A stretch of DNA of 64,000 bases from the NCBI GenBank assembly GCA_964016885.1, contig CAXHJY010000343.1:124001-188000 (forward strand). The letters run 5' to 3'. Shown piece after piece: positions 1 through 13,288 of this stretch (within the stretch, counting starts at the first letter, position 1; each line of letters starts with the position of its first letter). This stretch comes from Eledone cirrhosa (lineage: Eukaryota). The translations under genes were made by a program, and so were the position numbers. The notes beneath the pieces are model-generated. The model did not search any database. It was not told the DNA's origin and saw nothing but the letters and a program-made list of their open reading frames with translations.

Positions 1-574
1 GCGAAATTGTGGAGAAATTCATTCAATTACTACAGGTCTGACCCTTGGTTTGAATTATATCTACTTATGAAGGTTTAAAGCAACCGACCAAACAGTCCTT
101 TCCTAATTCAAGAAGGTATGTGACCTGAAAGAAATTTGGCTGCTATTTCCAACAGGTCAAGTAACCACATAGAGGTCTTCTCTCCCTCTCTCGAAACAAA
201 CATATTTGTTATTGTTGGTGGTTTTAGCCAAAAAGTTGTTGTTGAAATCAGTAATTTTTTACAGGAAAGTTAGGATTAACTAATGAACTTGATATAATTG
301 AGTGAGGGAAGATTTTAGCTGGCCAACATACAAAACACTTTCTAAATGAGACAGAACACTTTGTAGAATAATTATTTCAATGATTCTTTTCTAACTTTTC
401 CTTTCAACTTTCTCTTTCATTTCACTTGTTTTTCCTTCTTTTCTTTAACCTTCTTATTAGATTATATGTTGTCTTATATTTTCACTTGGACTTTATACTT
501 CTCTGTGTTATATATATAAGGTTCCATGTGAAACCCCATAACTAGAATACAATTGAACAAGAAACAGACGATTT

Positions 575-651
575 ATTTCGATTATAAAGAATTTGTCGTT
601 ACAACGAATTATCTTTATACCCGTGAATTTCGTTATAACGGAATTTCACTG
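575..651. mobile_element. pogo/Tigger-like DNA transposon end fragment
   Basis: Ends in TTCGTTATAACGGAATTTCACTG|TA, a CAGT-type TIR next to TA; paralog at ~47855-47935. Confidence 0.5.
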
Positions 652-673
652 TATATATATTATGTGTGCGTGC

Positions 674-727
<54 letters not shown>

Positions 728-1243
728 CAAGAAGGAGAATGATATTCTGGCGGTTTTCGAGCTTATTCTGAAGTCTGTACAAAAGACTTGCTGTGTTGAT
801 TGTTTAACTAAACGTAAAAGTTTAAAGAAAGAAAAATCCTTAATGGATATTTTCACTGCTATTTCTAGCAGAGTGAGAGACTACATAGATATATAATTGA
901 TATTTTACTGAGTGATACTTTTTGATTTATCATCAATTAAATACGATTGGAAGTGTGTCTGAATGTATTAAATTATATCAGGGAATTTTAACGTATTACA
1001 CCGGTAAGGGAGTTAAATCATTTTCAACGACACCGGGTACCTGCTGTCTTCATTATAACTTTAATTATTCTAATATATATATACACACAATTTTAATTCC
1101 CCGCCATCAGTCTTACACTGTCATATCTATTCTTACTTTACAATTGTGTCTACTAAGAGTTCCATTACAATCTGTAGTAGTAAAACTACTATTTCACCAG
1201 AACATCTGCTATCAGTCATTTATAGACAATATATATATTTTAG

Positions 1244-1484
1244 ACCACATATCAACCTAATATATATATATTTCCTATCAAATCTGTAGCTAAAGACATA
1301 AAGTCAGCCTCACTACTTCATTCTGACAAGATATCAATTTATGACTAAAGATGAAGAAGATACACCAACGTTAATGTCGTGAAATAAAGCTGATAACATT
1401 GAAACTTCTAATTTGATAACAAAGAGATTATTTCTTTGGTTAGTAAAACCTAACAACACAACACATTGATTATATGTGAAGGAG
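1244..1484 (+). other. Putative non-coding 5' exon of ZNF gene A
   Basis: Perfect donor GAG|GTAAGT at 1485; candidate acceptors TTTTAG (1243) or TGTAG (1289); donor kept in B (47000, -) and C (62120, -). Confidence 0.55.
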
Positions 1485-1776
1485 GTAAGTTGACAAAGAT
1501 TTACGTAATGTCTATATTAATGTGTGTAAATAATATAATTATGTGACCCCTACAAAGATCGAGTAATTAATCAGATTCCACTGTTACATGTGATATAAAA
1601 TATATTGTTATCATGACTGTCTTTATTATTTAAATTACCTCCGTCCATATTTCAACCACTGGAACAACCTCAAACAAGAAACAGTTGTCACACCCTCAGT
1701 CAACATATTAATGTAAAAAATCGAAATAAATGTTATGTGTGTATATAGATAGATGTATGTTGTGTGTGTATATATA

Positions 1777-2363
1777 CAGTAATCCCCCGCTATATCGCGG
1801 TTCACTTTTCGCGGTCCCGTTACATCGCGGATATTTCTTTGGAACGTATCTAATTTCCTATCGCGGTAATCTTCGCCACATCGCGGATTATTCGTTAGAA
1901 CATATCTAGTTTCTTATCGCGGTACGTCTGAATAAAAAGTGTTTAAAATTTAAACTTATTAAATAAGTTTCAATGTTATTAAAGTGTATATCGTAAGGAA
2001 GGGACATCTTAAGGCGTTAATTATGAACAAATGTTTATATTTTTCATTCCATTACTGTTTTACTGATTGTGTTTTGCTCTAATCTACTACAAACCCTTCA
2101 TAGATTGACGGGAGATGTGCAGTGTATTACCAAGTGGCTACCGTAGCTGGCAATAGTCTTCATTGGTAACTAGTGGTATGATGGTTGGTGGTAGTTTCTA
2201 TACGATCGTTACATGGTTGTTTTTGGTGTTTAAATACAAAAGTGTGTTTTAATGAGTTTATATGTACTTAAAGCTTGTATGAGAGGTATTTTAAGGCTTA
2301 AACTATGAAAACAACGGTTGTCTTTATGGTCTCTCTAAATCACGGTTGGTTCTGGAACGTATC
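1777..2363 (+). mobile_element. Tigger/pogo-like non-autonomous DNA transposon, right end cut by a SINE
   Basis: TA|CAGTAATCCCCCGCTATATCGCGG terminus with repeated ATCGCGG subterminal motifs; paralogs ~46122-46708 and ~60505-61092. Confidence 0.65.
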
Positions 2364-2364
2364 A

Positions 2365-2550
2365 TGTCTTAGTGGTTAGAGCATTGGGCTTACAATTAAA
2401 AGGTTGTGAGTTCGATTCTCGGACAGGATGTTGTGTTGTGTCCTTGAGCAAGACACTTTATTTCACGTTGCTCCTGTTTATTCAGCTGTAGAAATGAGTT
2501 TTGATGTCACTGGTGCCAAACTGTATCGGCCATAGCCTTTCTGTTGGACA
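2365..2550 (+). mobile_element. tRNA-derived CORE-type SINE, 5' part
   Basis: A box (TTAGTGGTTAG), B box (GAGTTCGATTC), CORE-like TGTGTCCTTGAGCAAGACACTTTATTTCAC; paralogs ~45960-46122 and ~60340-60505 (-). Confidence 0.8.
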
Positions 2551-5435
2551 TATATATAGTGTATATATACTGTATAATATATATATATAGTGTATATATA
2601 CTGTATAATATATATAGTGTATATATACTGTATAATTATATAGTGTATATATACAGTATAATATATATATAGTGTATATACTCTGTATAATATATATAGT
2701 GTATATATACTGTATAATATATATAGTGTATATATACTGTATAATATATATAGTGTATATATACTGTATAATATATATAGTGTATATATACTGTATAATA
2801 TATATATTGTGTATATATACTGTATAATATATATAGTGTATATATACTGTATAATATATATATATAGTGTATATATACTGTATAATATATATAGTGTATA
2901 TATACTGTATAATATATATAGTGTATATATACTGTATAATATATATAGTGTATATATATACTGTATAATATATATAGTGTATATATACTGTATAATATAT
3001 ATAGTGTATATATACTGTATAATATATATACTGTATAATATATATAGTGTATATATACTGTATAATATATATATATATATAGCGTACATATACTGTATAA
3101 TATGTATAGTGTATATATACTGTATAATATATATAGTGTATATATACTGTATAATATATATATAGTGTATATATACTGTATAATATATATAGTGTATATA
3201 TACTGTATAATATATATAGTATATATATACTGTATAATATATATACTGTATAATATATATAGTGTATATATACTGTATAATATATATAGTGTATATATAC
3301 TGTATAATATATATAGTGTATATATACTGTATAATATATATAGTGTATATATACTGTATAATATATATAGTGTATATATACTGTATAATATATATAGTGT
3401 ATATATACTGTATAATATATATAGTGTATATATACTGTATAATATATATATAGTGTATATATACTGTATAATATATATATAGTGTATATATACTGTATAA
3501 TATATATATAGTGTATATATACTGTATAATATATATAGTGTATATATTCTGTATAATATATATATATATATAGTGTATATATACTGTATAATATATACAG
3601 TGTATATATACTGTATAATATATATAGTGTATATATACTGTATAATATATATAGTGTATATATACTGTATAATATATATAGTGTATATATACTGTATAAT
3701 ATATATAGTGTATATATACTGTATAATATATATAGTGTATATATACTGTATAATATATATAGTGTATATATTCTGTATAATATATATAGTGTATATATAC
3801 TGTATAATATATATATATATAGTGTATATATACTGTATAATATATACAGTGTATATATACTGTATAATATATATATAGTGTATATATACTGTATAATATA
3901 TATAGTGTATATATACTGTATAATATATACAGTGTATATATACTGTATAATATATATAGTGTATATATACTGTATAATATATACAGTGTATATATACTGT
4001 ATAATATATATATATATAGTGTATATATACTGTATAATATATATAGTGTATATATACTGTATAATATATATTGTATATATATACTGTATAATATATATAT
4101 ATATAGTGTATATATACTGTATAATATATATAGTGTATATATACTGTATAATATATATTGTATATATATACTGTATAATATATATATATATAGTGTATAT
4201 ATACTGTATAATATATATATATATAGTGTATATATACTGTATAATATATACAGTGTATATATACTGTATAATATATATATATATAGTGTATATATACTGT
4301 ATAATATATATAGTGTATATATACTGTATAATATATATAGTGTATATATACTGTATAATATATATTGTATATATATACTGTATAATATATATAGTGTATG
4401 TATACTGTATAATATATATTGTATATATATACTGTATAATATATATACTGTATATATACTGTATAATATATATAGTGTATATATACTGTATAATATATAT
4501 AGTGTATATATACTGTATAATATATATATATATATAGTGTATATATACTGTATAATATATATAGTGTATATATACTGTATAATATATATACTGTATAATA
4601 TATATAGTGTATATATACTGTATAATATATACAGTGTATATATACTGTATAATATATATAGTGTATAATAAATATTGTATATATATATGTTGTGATGTTA
4701 CTAGTCCCAAGCTGTATCAGCCATAGCCTTTCTCTTGGACATATATATAGTGTATAGATACTGTACACAGTGTATATATAATATATACATAGTGTATATA
4801 TATAGTATATATATATGTTGTGACATCACTGGTGCCAAGCTGTATTGGCCATTGCCTTTCTCTTGGACCTCATATATAGTGTATATATATACTGTATAAT
4901 ATATATAGTGTATAGATACTGTATAATATATATAGTGTATATATATACTGTATATAGTGTATATATACTGTATAATATATATATAGTGTATATATACTGT
5001 ATAATATATATAGTGTATATATACTGTATAATATATATAGTGTATATATACTGTATAATATATATAGTGTATATATACTGTATAATATATATATAGTGTA
5101 TATATACTGTATAATATATATAGTGTATATATACTGTATAATATATATACTGTATAATATATATAGTGTATATATACTGTATAATATATATATAGTGTAT
5201 ATATACTGTATAATATATATAGTGTATATATACTGTATAATATATATAGTGTATATATACTGTATAATATATATAGTGTATATATATACTGTATAATATA
5301 TATATAGTGTATAGATACTGTATAATATATATAGTGTATATATACTGTATAATATATATATAGTGTATATATACTGTATAATATATATTGTATATATACT
5401 GTATAATATATATAGTATATATATACTGTATAGTG
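2551..5435. repeat. 27-bp TA-rich minisatellite (GTATATATACTGTATAATATATATAGT)n, roughly 95 units, interrupted at ~4670-4870
   Basis: Period of 27 read directly from the sequence; explains the YIYTIYIIQ pseudo-ORFs. Confidence 0.95.
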
Positions 5436-5447
5436 TATATATGTATA

Positions 5448-8400
5448 TCATCATCATCACTGTTTTACGTCCCTTCTTCCATGGTAGTATGGGTTAGACA
5501 GGTTGTCCTGTTTTGGGCAGTGCCAGGTAGGGTGACCTTGTCTTGTTCAGATGGGAACTGATTTTGACTTGATATCTACAGCTGGATGCCCTTCCTAACA
5601 CCAACCTCACTGAGTGATGGGTGCTATTTTGTTGTGACACCTCCACGGCCACTTTACAGTGGGAGGGGGTGGGGGCATATTGTCTATATACTTCAGCTTT
5701 GGCTTGTACCCGTGGGAAGTCGGGTCTTCTATATTACTGTGTGAAGCCAGAGGTCACGGTCTGGGGTCATCGCCTTCGGGTGGTGCAATTGGGTAAGGTC
5801 AGCTTTCATCACCTCATCCCAGGTCTTCTTGGGTCCCCCCACTCCATGGCTTCCATCGACTTCTACTGCTCTGCATCTGTTTATGTAGCTTTCATCCTTC
5901 ATACACCTCACATGTCCATACCAACACAACCTCCTCTCCTGCACACAGCATTTGATTCCTCTGATGCTCAGTCTCTCTCTCAATTTGTTAATGCTTTGCT
6001 GTTCGCGTATATTACTATTACACATCCATCGGAGCATGCAAGCTTCATTTCTTTCTAATCTACGCAAGTCTTCTACACACAGCACCCAGGTCTCACTACC
6101 ATGTAATATTGCTGTTCGTATGCACACATCATACTGTCTGCCTTTCATTTTGAGGGAAAAGCCTTTTGTAGCTAGCAGTGGCAATAGCTCCCTGAACTTC
6201 TTCAATCCCGTCATTACCCTGGTTTCTGTACTTTCAGAACACCCACCTCCGCTGCTTATTCGGTCATCTAGGTAGCAAAAGCTGTCTATTGTTTCTACAG
6301 AGCTCTCCCAGAGTTTGGTGGTGCTTGTTTCTTTAGTTCTGCCATAGATGCAGCTATAAGTGTAAGATCATCCGCATATAGGAGTTCCTATGGGCATCAG
6401 GTCTTAAACTCTTCTGTTATAGCCTGCAATACTATAATAAACAGGAGAGGGCTAAGAACAGAGCCCTGGTGGACACCGACCTGTATGCTAAATTCCCTGC
6501 TATAGTAATTGTTAACTCTTTGCTGACTGCTCCCCTATACATGGCATGTACAGCTTTCACAAGCCAATAATCTACTCCTAGTTTTCTAAAAGGCCACCAG
6601 ATTATAGCAAGGGGCACTCTGTCGAAGACTTTTTCCAGATCGCCTACAAGGACTCTAGTGGACTCTCCTCTCCATCTAGTCTCTTGCCCAGAGCATACAT
6701 CAATATCCTTTCACTCTAGCATGTCTATAATTTCTCCTTCCCTTCCTTCCATTGTGCTTATGTTGATGCTGCCAACTAAGAGTTTTGGACATTTGCCATC
6801 ATTTCTGGGAGAGGGTGAATTTTTGCGGGGGAGTGTGTATGCTTCCTGTCTCTGAATTAAAGCTTCGCATGGGAGCTTGGTAACTCACAGATTCATATTC
6901 ATTTATTTATTCGGGGTTGTTCCATTTATCCTTCACTCCTCCATACATAACAGTAATCAAGAATTCTTTGGTGCAGGGCTAGAAGGACAGTAGTAGTAAT
7001 GGCAGGGTTTGTTTGGGGCTGGTAAGGGCTAGAAGGACAGTAGTAGTAATGGCAGAGTTTGTTGGGGCTAGTAAGGGCTAGAAGGGCAGTAGTAGTAATG
7101 GCAGAGTTTGTTGGGGCTGGTAAGGGCTAGAAGGAGAGTAGTAGTAATGGCAGAGTTTGTTGGGGCTGGTAAGGGCTAGAAGGAGAGTAGTAGTAATGGC
7201 AGAGTTTGTTGGGGCTGGTAAGGGCTAGAAGGAGAGTAGTAGTAATGGCAGAGTTTGTTGGGGCTGGTAAGGGCTAGAAGGAGAGTAGTAGTAATGGCAG
7301 AGTTTGTTGGGGCTGGTAAGGTCTAGAAGGACAGTAGTAGTAATGGCAGAGTTTGTTGGGGCTGGTAAGGTCTAGAAGGACAGTAGTAGTAATGGCAGAG
7401 TTTGTTGGGGCTGGTAAGGGCTAGGACAGTAGTAGTAATGGCAGAGTTTGTTGGGGCTAGTAAGGGCTAGAAGGGCAGTAGTAGTAATGGCAGAGTTTGT
7501 TGGGGCTGGTAAGGGCTAGAAGGAGAGTAGTAGTAATGGCAGAATTTGTTGGGGCTGGTAAGGTCTAGAAGGACAGTAGTAGTAATGGCAGAGTTTGTTG
7601 GGGCTGGTAAGGGCTAGAAGGAGAGTAGTAGTAATGGCAGAGTTTGTTGGGGCTGGTAAGGGCTAGAAGGAGAGTAGTAGTAATGGCAGAGTTTGTTGGG
7701 GCTGGTAAGGGCTAGAAGGAGAGTAGTAGTAATGGCAGAGTTTGTTGGGGCTGGTAAGGTCTAGAAGGACAGTAGTAGTAATGGCAGAGTTTGTTGGGGC
7801 TGGTAAGGTCTAGAAGGACAGTAGTAATGGCAGAGTTTGTTGGGGCTGGTAAGGGCTAGGACAGTAGTAGTAATGGCAGAGTTTGTTGGGGCTAGTAAGG
7901 GCTAGAAGGGCAGTAGTAGTAATGGCAGAGTTTGTTGGGGCTGGTAAGGGCTAGAAGGAGAGTAGTAGTAATGGCAGAGTTTGTTGGGGCTGGTAAGGGC
8001 TAGGACAGTAGTAGTAATGGCAGAGTTTGTTGGGGCTGGTAAGGGCTAGAAGGTCTGTAGTAGTAATGGCAGTTTGTTGGGGCTGGTAAGGGCTAGAAGG
8101 ACAGTAGTAGTAATGGCAGAGTTTGTTGGGGCTGGTAAGGGCTAGAAGGACAGTAGTAGTAATGGCAGAGTTTGTTGGGGCTGGTAAGGGCTAGAAGGAC
8201 AGTAGTAGTAATGGCAGAGTTTGTTGGGGCTGGTAAGGGCTAGAAGGAGAGTAGTAGTAATGGCAGAGTTTGTTGGGGCTGGTAAGGGCTAGAAGGAGAG
8301 TAGTAGTAATGGCAGAGTTTGTTGGGGCTGGTAAGGGCTAGAAGGTCTGTAGTAGTAATGGCAGTTTGTTGGGGCTGGTAAGGGCTAGAAGGACAGTAGT

Positions 8401-9235
8401 AGTAATGGCAGAGTTTGTTGGGGCTAGTAAGGTCTAGAAGGGCAGTAGTAGTAATGGCAGAGTTTGTTGGGGCTGGTAAGGTCTAGAAGGGCAGTAGTAG
8501 TAATGGCAGAGTTTGTTGGGGCTGGTAAGGTCTAGAAGGGCAGTAGTAGTAATGGCAGAGTTTGTTGGGGCTGGTAAGGGCTAGGACAGTAGTAGTAATG
8601 GCAGAGTTTGTTGGGGCTGGTAAGGGCTAGAAGGACAGTCGTAGTAATGGCAGAGTTTGTTGGGGCTGGTAAGGGCTAGGACAGTAGTAGTAATGGCAGA
8701 GTTTGTTGGGGCTGGTAAGGGCTAGAAGGACAGTCGTAGTAATGGCAGAGTTTGTTGGGGCTGGTAAGGGCTAGAAGGACAGTCGTAGTAATGGCAGAGT
8801 TTGTTGGGGCTAGTAATGTGTAAGGACATGTTTCTGAGGTTTGATTGGTCAAATAGCCTATGGTGAGGGGTGGGAAATTGTGAGATAGGTAGCCATCATG
8901 ACATATACCATCACAGGAGATTCGGGGGAAATAAGCAGATATAAGTAGACATATTAGACAAGGCAAGTATGCAATAGTTTAGAAGATTGTCACCTAGCTT
9001 CGTAAACACTGAAATGAATGAGTGAGAGAAAGGGGAGGTAATGGTGGGGGTTAGGGATGAGTTTGTAGAGAAAGAGACAATGTCCAACATGGTTTATATC
9101 AAAAACAAGGTCGAAGTAGATACGTTGTGGAAACAAGTGAATGATAATAATTATAATGTAAACAGAACATTTTGAAATTGGGGAAGCGAGATAGCTGTAG
9201 AATAGAAATAATCTATGGAAGTCTGGGATATAAGT
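5448..9235 (-). mobile_element. Internally deleted RTE LINE derivative (copy A)
   Basis: (TGA)n tail at 5448; ORF 5729-6214 matches the C-terminus of the RTE at 31903-32478; RT and APE remnants at 6350-6790; 5' region holds the 49-bp array. Confidence 0.85.
6976..8815. repeat. 49-bp minisatellite GGGCTAGAAGGACAGTAGTAGTAATGGCAGAGTTTGTTGGGGCTGGTAA, ~37 units
   Basis: Direct tandem period of 49; paralogous arrays at 43298-43835 and 57590-58050. Confidence 0.95.
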
Positions 9236-9251
9236 TATATAAATATGTTGT

Positions 9252-9473
9252 ATATAAACACACTGTAAAGTGGACGTGTAGGCTTCACGAAAAAGCACCC
9301 AGCACTCACTGTAAATGAGCTTGGTGTTAGGAAGGGCATCCAGCTGTAGAAATCAAGCCAAATCAGTTCCTGTATGAGCAAGGCATGGTCAGCTGACCTG
9401 ACACTGCCCACAACAGGACAGCCCGTCTAACCCATGCTAGCGTGGAAGAACAGACGTAAAACGGTGATGATGA
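9252..9473 (+). mobile_element. RTE 3'-tail fragment specific to copy A
   Basis: TTAGGAAGGGCATCCAGCTGTAG motif and (TGA)n tail; absent from the orthologous site in B and C. Confidence 0.7.
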
Positions 9474-9474
9474 T

Positions 9475-10220
9475 GTGACGTCACTGGTGTCGAGCTGTGT
9501 CAGCCATTGCCTTTCTCTTGGACAACATATATAGTATATACTATATATTGTACACAGTGTATAATATATATTGTACACAGTGTGTATATATATATAGTGT
9601 ATATATGTTGTGACGTCACTAGTGTCAAGCTGTGTCAGCCATCGCCTTTCTCTTGGACAACATATATAGTGTATAATATATATTGTACACAGTGTATATA
9701 TATATGTATATAGTGTATATATACTGTACATAGAGTATATATAATATATATATATATATAGTATATATATACTCTACATAGAGTATATAATATAAATATA
9801 TATATATATATATATAATATATATATATATAGTATATATATACTCTACATAGAGTATATAATATAAATATATATATATATAGTATATATATACTCTACAT
9901 TGAGTATATATATATATATTATATATACTCTATGTAGAGTATATATATACTATATATATATATTATATATAGTCTATGTACAGTATATATACACTATATA
10001 TATACACTGTGTACAATATATATTATACACTATATATGTTGTCCAAGGGAAAGGCAATGGCTGACACAGCTTGACACTAGTGATGTCACAACATATATAC
10101 ACTATATACTAGTATATATATACTATATACTAGTATATATATACTCTACATAGAGTATATGTAATATATATATAGTGTATATATATGTGATGTCACTGGT
10201 ACCAAGCTGTATCAGCCATT
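9475..10220. repeat. SINE-derived ~100-bp composite repeat with a local inversion
   Basis: Units of GTCCAAGGGAAAGGCAATGGCTGACACAGCTTGACAC plus a TA-rich spacer; the unit near 10035-10095 is inverted. Confidence 0.8.
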
Positions 10221-10446
10221 ACCTTTCCCTTGGACAACATGGGTGGCATGGAGAGGGTAGACTGGTATACTTGGGTGACCGATGTGGGGTCTTCAATATG
10301 TTAGGTGTGTATATAGTAATATGTGTATATATAGATGTGTATTGATGTCCATTGTGGGAGTCATTGATACCAATACTAGGGAAGGCTGGTCTTCTATATT
10401 ACTGTATAACAACAATTATCTCAATCCTGTGTCATTGTCTTTGAGA

Positions 10447-11547
10447 ATTGTGTGAGGTCAGCTGTTATCACCTCATCCCGGGTCTTCTTACTCTATAGAT
10501 TCCATCAATTGTGTGAGGCCAGCTTTTATCACCTCATCCCAGGTCTTCCTACTTCACATCTTCCATCAATTGTGTGAGGTCAGCTTTTATCACCTCAAAC
10601 AAGGTCTTCCTCCTCTATAGCTTCCATCAATTGTGTGAGGTCAGCTTTTATCACCTCATCCCAGGTCTTCCTACTTCATAGCTTCCATCAATTGTGTGAG
10701 GTCAGCTTTTATCACCTCATCCCAGGTCTTCCTACTCCACAGCTTCCATCAATTGTGTGAGGTCAGCTTTTATCACCTCATCCCAGGTCTTCCTACTTCA
10801 TAGCTTCCATCAATTGTGTGAGGTCAGCTTTTATCACCTCATCCCAGGTCTTCCTACTCCACAGCTTCCATCAATTGTGTGAGGTCAGCTTTTATCACCT
10901 CATCCCAGGTCTTCCTACTCCACAGCTTCCATCAATTGTGTGAGGTCAGCTTTTATCACCTCATCCCAGGTCTTCCTACTTCATAGCTTCCATCAATTGT
11001 GTGAGGTCAGCTTTTATCACCTCATCCCGGGTCTTCTTACTCTATAGCTTCCATCAATTGTGTGAGGTCAGCTTTTATCACCTCATCCCAGGTCTTCCTA
11101 CTTCATAGCTTCCATCAATTGTGTGAGGTCAGCTTTTATCACCTCATCCCGGGTCTTCTTACTCTATAGCTTCCATCAATTGTGTGAGGTCAGCTTTTAT
11201 CACCTCATCCCAGGTCTTCCTACTTCATAGCTTCCATCAATTGTGTGAGGTCAGCTTTTATCACCTCATCCCAGGTCTTCCTACTCCACAGCTTCCATCA
11301 ATTGTGTGAGGTCAGCTTTTATCACCTCATCCCAGGTCTTCCTACTTCATAGCTTCCATCAATTGTGTGAGGCCAGCTTTTATCACCTCATCCCAGGTCT
11401 TCCTACTTCATAGCTTCCATCAATTGTGTGAGGTCAGCTTTTATCACCTCAGACTAGGTCTTCCTACTCCATAGCTTCCATCAATTGTGTGAGGGCAGCT
11501 TCTATCACCTCATCCCAGGTCTTCCTACTTCACAGCTTCCATCAATT
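10447..11547. repeat. 61-bp minisatellite derived from RTE ORF 3' end, ~18 units
   Basis: Period of 61; minus-strand monomer matches RTE sequence at 45343-45420; paralog at 40319-40935. Confidence 0.93.
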
Positions 11548-12063
11548 TTATAAAATGCTTGAAAACGACTTAGAAAACTTTTTAATCAAAATCAAAACTT
11601 AATCCCAAAGAGAGGAAATTGGAACATTATCCACTGAAAGTTGCTTATCCCTTTCACATTTAAACTGGCCATAACTGGCCAGAATTTTGTCTACCTTTTC
11701 TTTTTAAAACAGCCGTAATTGGCCACTCATACTGATGTTAAGGTATTGTTCTCAATGTAAATAATATCAAAATCTCATAGATTCGTGACATATGTGAGGT
11801 AAAGACTTTACCATGGAAATATAATAGTATATATAGAATAGTGTAAATGTTAAAGGGTTCAACCCTGAAGAAAGGACTTTTAGGTCCCAAAATATTGGAC
11901 AAATAAAAGAACAACAACAACAAAAAAAAACAACAAAGATTACCAGGTAACTTTTACTTTTCCTTACCTCATCTTACAGTCCATTTTGCATTGTTTAGCC
12001 TTCTATCTCTTTCAATGTTATATATTATATAGAATGTTTCAAGCAAACTACATTTTATTATAT

Positions 12064-12850
12064 ATCATCATCATCATCATCAATTAACGTCCATCTTCCA
12101 CGCTAGCATGGGTTAGACGGGTCCCATATAGAGACAAGTTGGGTCGGGTCACAGTGTCTAACTCATATAGGGGTGTTTCTGGCTAGTTTCTACAGCTGGA
12201 TACCCTTCCTAACGCCAACCACATTGACAGTGTGGACTGGGTGCCTATGACACCTACATGTCCACTTTACAGTGTGGGCTGGGTGCTTTTTGCTGTGTCT
12301 TTTACACGTCCAGTTTGGGTGGGAGATATATATATGTCTGTGTCATCTCCATTTAACGTCCATTTTTCCATTCTTGCATGGGTTAGACGGGTCATCCACG
12401 CCAGGAGGCAAGTCTGGCCATGTGTCACACCTGGCTCAGGTGAGGTCTGTAAATTTGGTCGGGTATTTTACAGCTGGATTCCCTTCCTAACACCAACCAT
12501 GTTTACAGTGTGGAACTGGATGGCTCTGTTATGAGGAGGGACAGGCCCGTTGGCTGCACTGAACCCATCTCACGGTGCAACTATAATTTTGGGGCGTGGT
12601 ACTGGGTGGCACCACTGTGAGGAGGGGTGGCCAGCCAGATGGGCCTAACCCTTTTCATGAGGTTACCATAGTTATGTGGACTGGTACTGGATGGTACAGT
12701 TACGAGAAGGGCTGGCCAGTTGTCTGTGCCACTATGGAGAGGGTAGCCACTCGGCTGAGCCAAGCCCATTTCACAAGGTTACCACAGTTTTGGGGCCCTG
12801 TACTAGATGACACCACTATAGTGATGGTGCAGCTGTAGTTTGACATATGT
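12064..12850 (-). mobile_element. Adjacent RTE 3'-UTR/tail fragments
   Basis: (CAT)n tail and two ACAGCTGGAT.CCCTTCCTAAC motifs; paralog ~39120-39480. Confidence 0.65.
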
Positions 12851-12910
12851 ATAGCCTTGGTTTATATAAATAAACATCACACAGGTATATTTCTACAGTT
12901 TACCAATGTA

Positions 12911-13041
12911 CCGTATTTACCGGTGCCGAAGCCGTCAGAATTTTTGAAAAACAATAATAAACAACCTTCGGCCTCCGAAAATGGTAGATTTTTGAGACTT
13001 ATAGTAGGGAAAAAGTAATGTCTTCGACGCTGGTAAATATG
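12911..13041. mobile_element. pogo-like MITE (~130 bp)
   Basis: TA|CCGTATTTACCGGTGCCGAAG ... CTTCGACGCTGGTAAATATG|TA imperfect TIRs. Confidence 0.6.
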
Positions 13042-13288
13042 TAATATTTCCACTGTTAAATCTATCTCTGTATTTTAAGTATTCTCTATTATCTCATACT
13101 GTTTCTTTCTTATAAGTCCTATAAGAATGAATTTTTTGCTAAAGTGCAATAGAGCAGACCTCTGAAGAGATAGAGGGATATAATTTATATAACATGCTGG
13201 AATACTACTGCTTACATTGGAGAGAATTACTCTGGACAGAAAAGTTTATATCTACAGTTTACAATATAGAAATATAAAATTTCCACTG

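Noticed and set aside
922-1260. 112-aa ORF whose last ~55 aa are identical to ORF 47229-47438
   Set aside because: The identity reflects near-identical DNA; the starts differ, the frame is not kept as an ORF in C, and there is no recognisable domain.
2478-5460. Long Y/I-rich ORFs (up to 742 aa)
   Set aside because: Translations of the 27-bp TA-rich satellite, open in several frames on both strands.
8990-9298. ~90-100-aa ORF shared with 42841-43122 and 57114-57395
   Set aside because: Shared only through the segmental duplication of an RTE 5' region; start codons differ and no domain is recognisable.
6976-11547. Regular repeats as a CRISPR array
   Set aside because: Head-to-tail units with no unique spacers, no cas genes, and a eukaryotic context.
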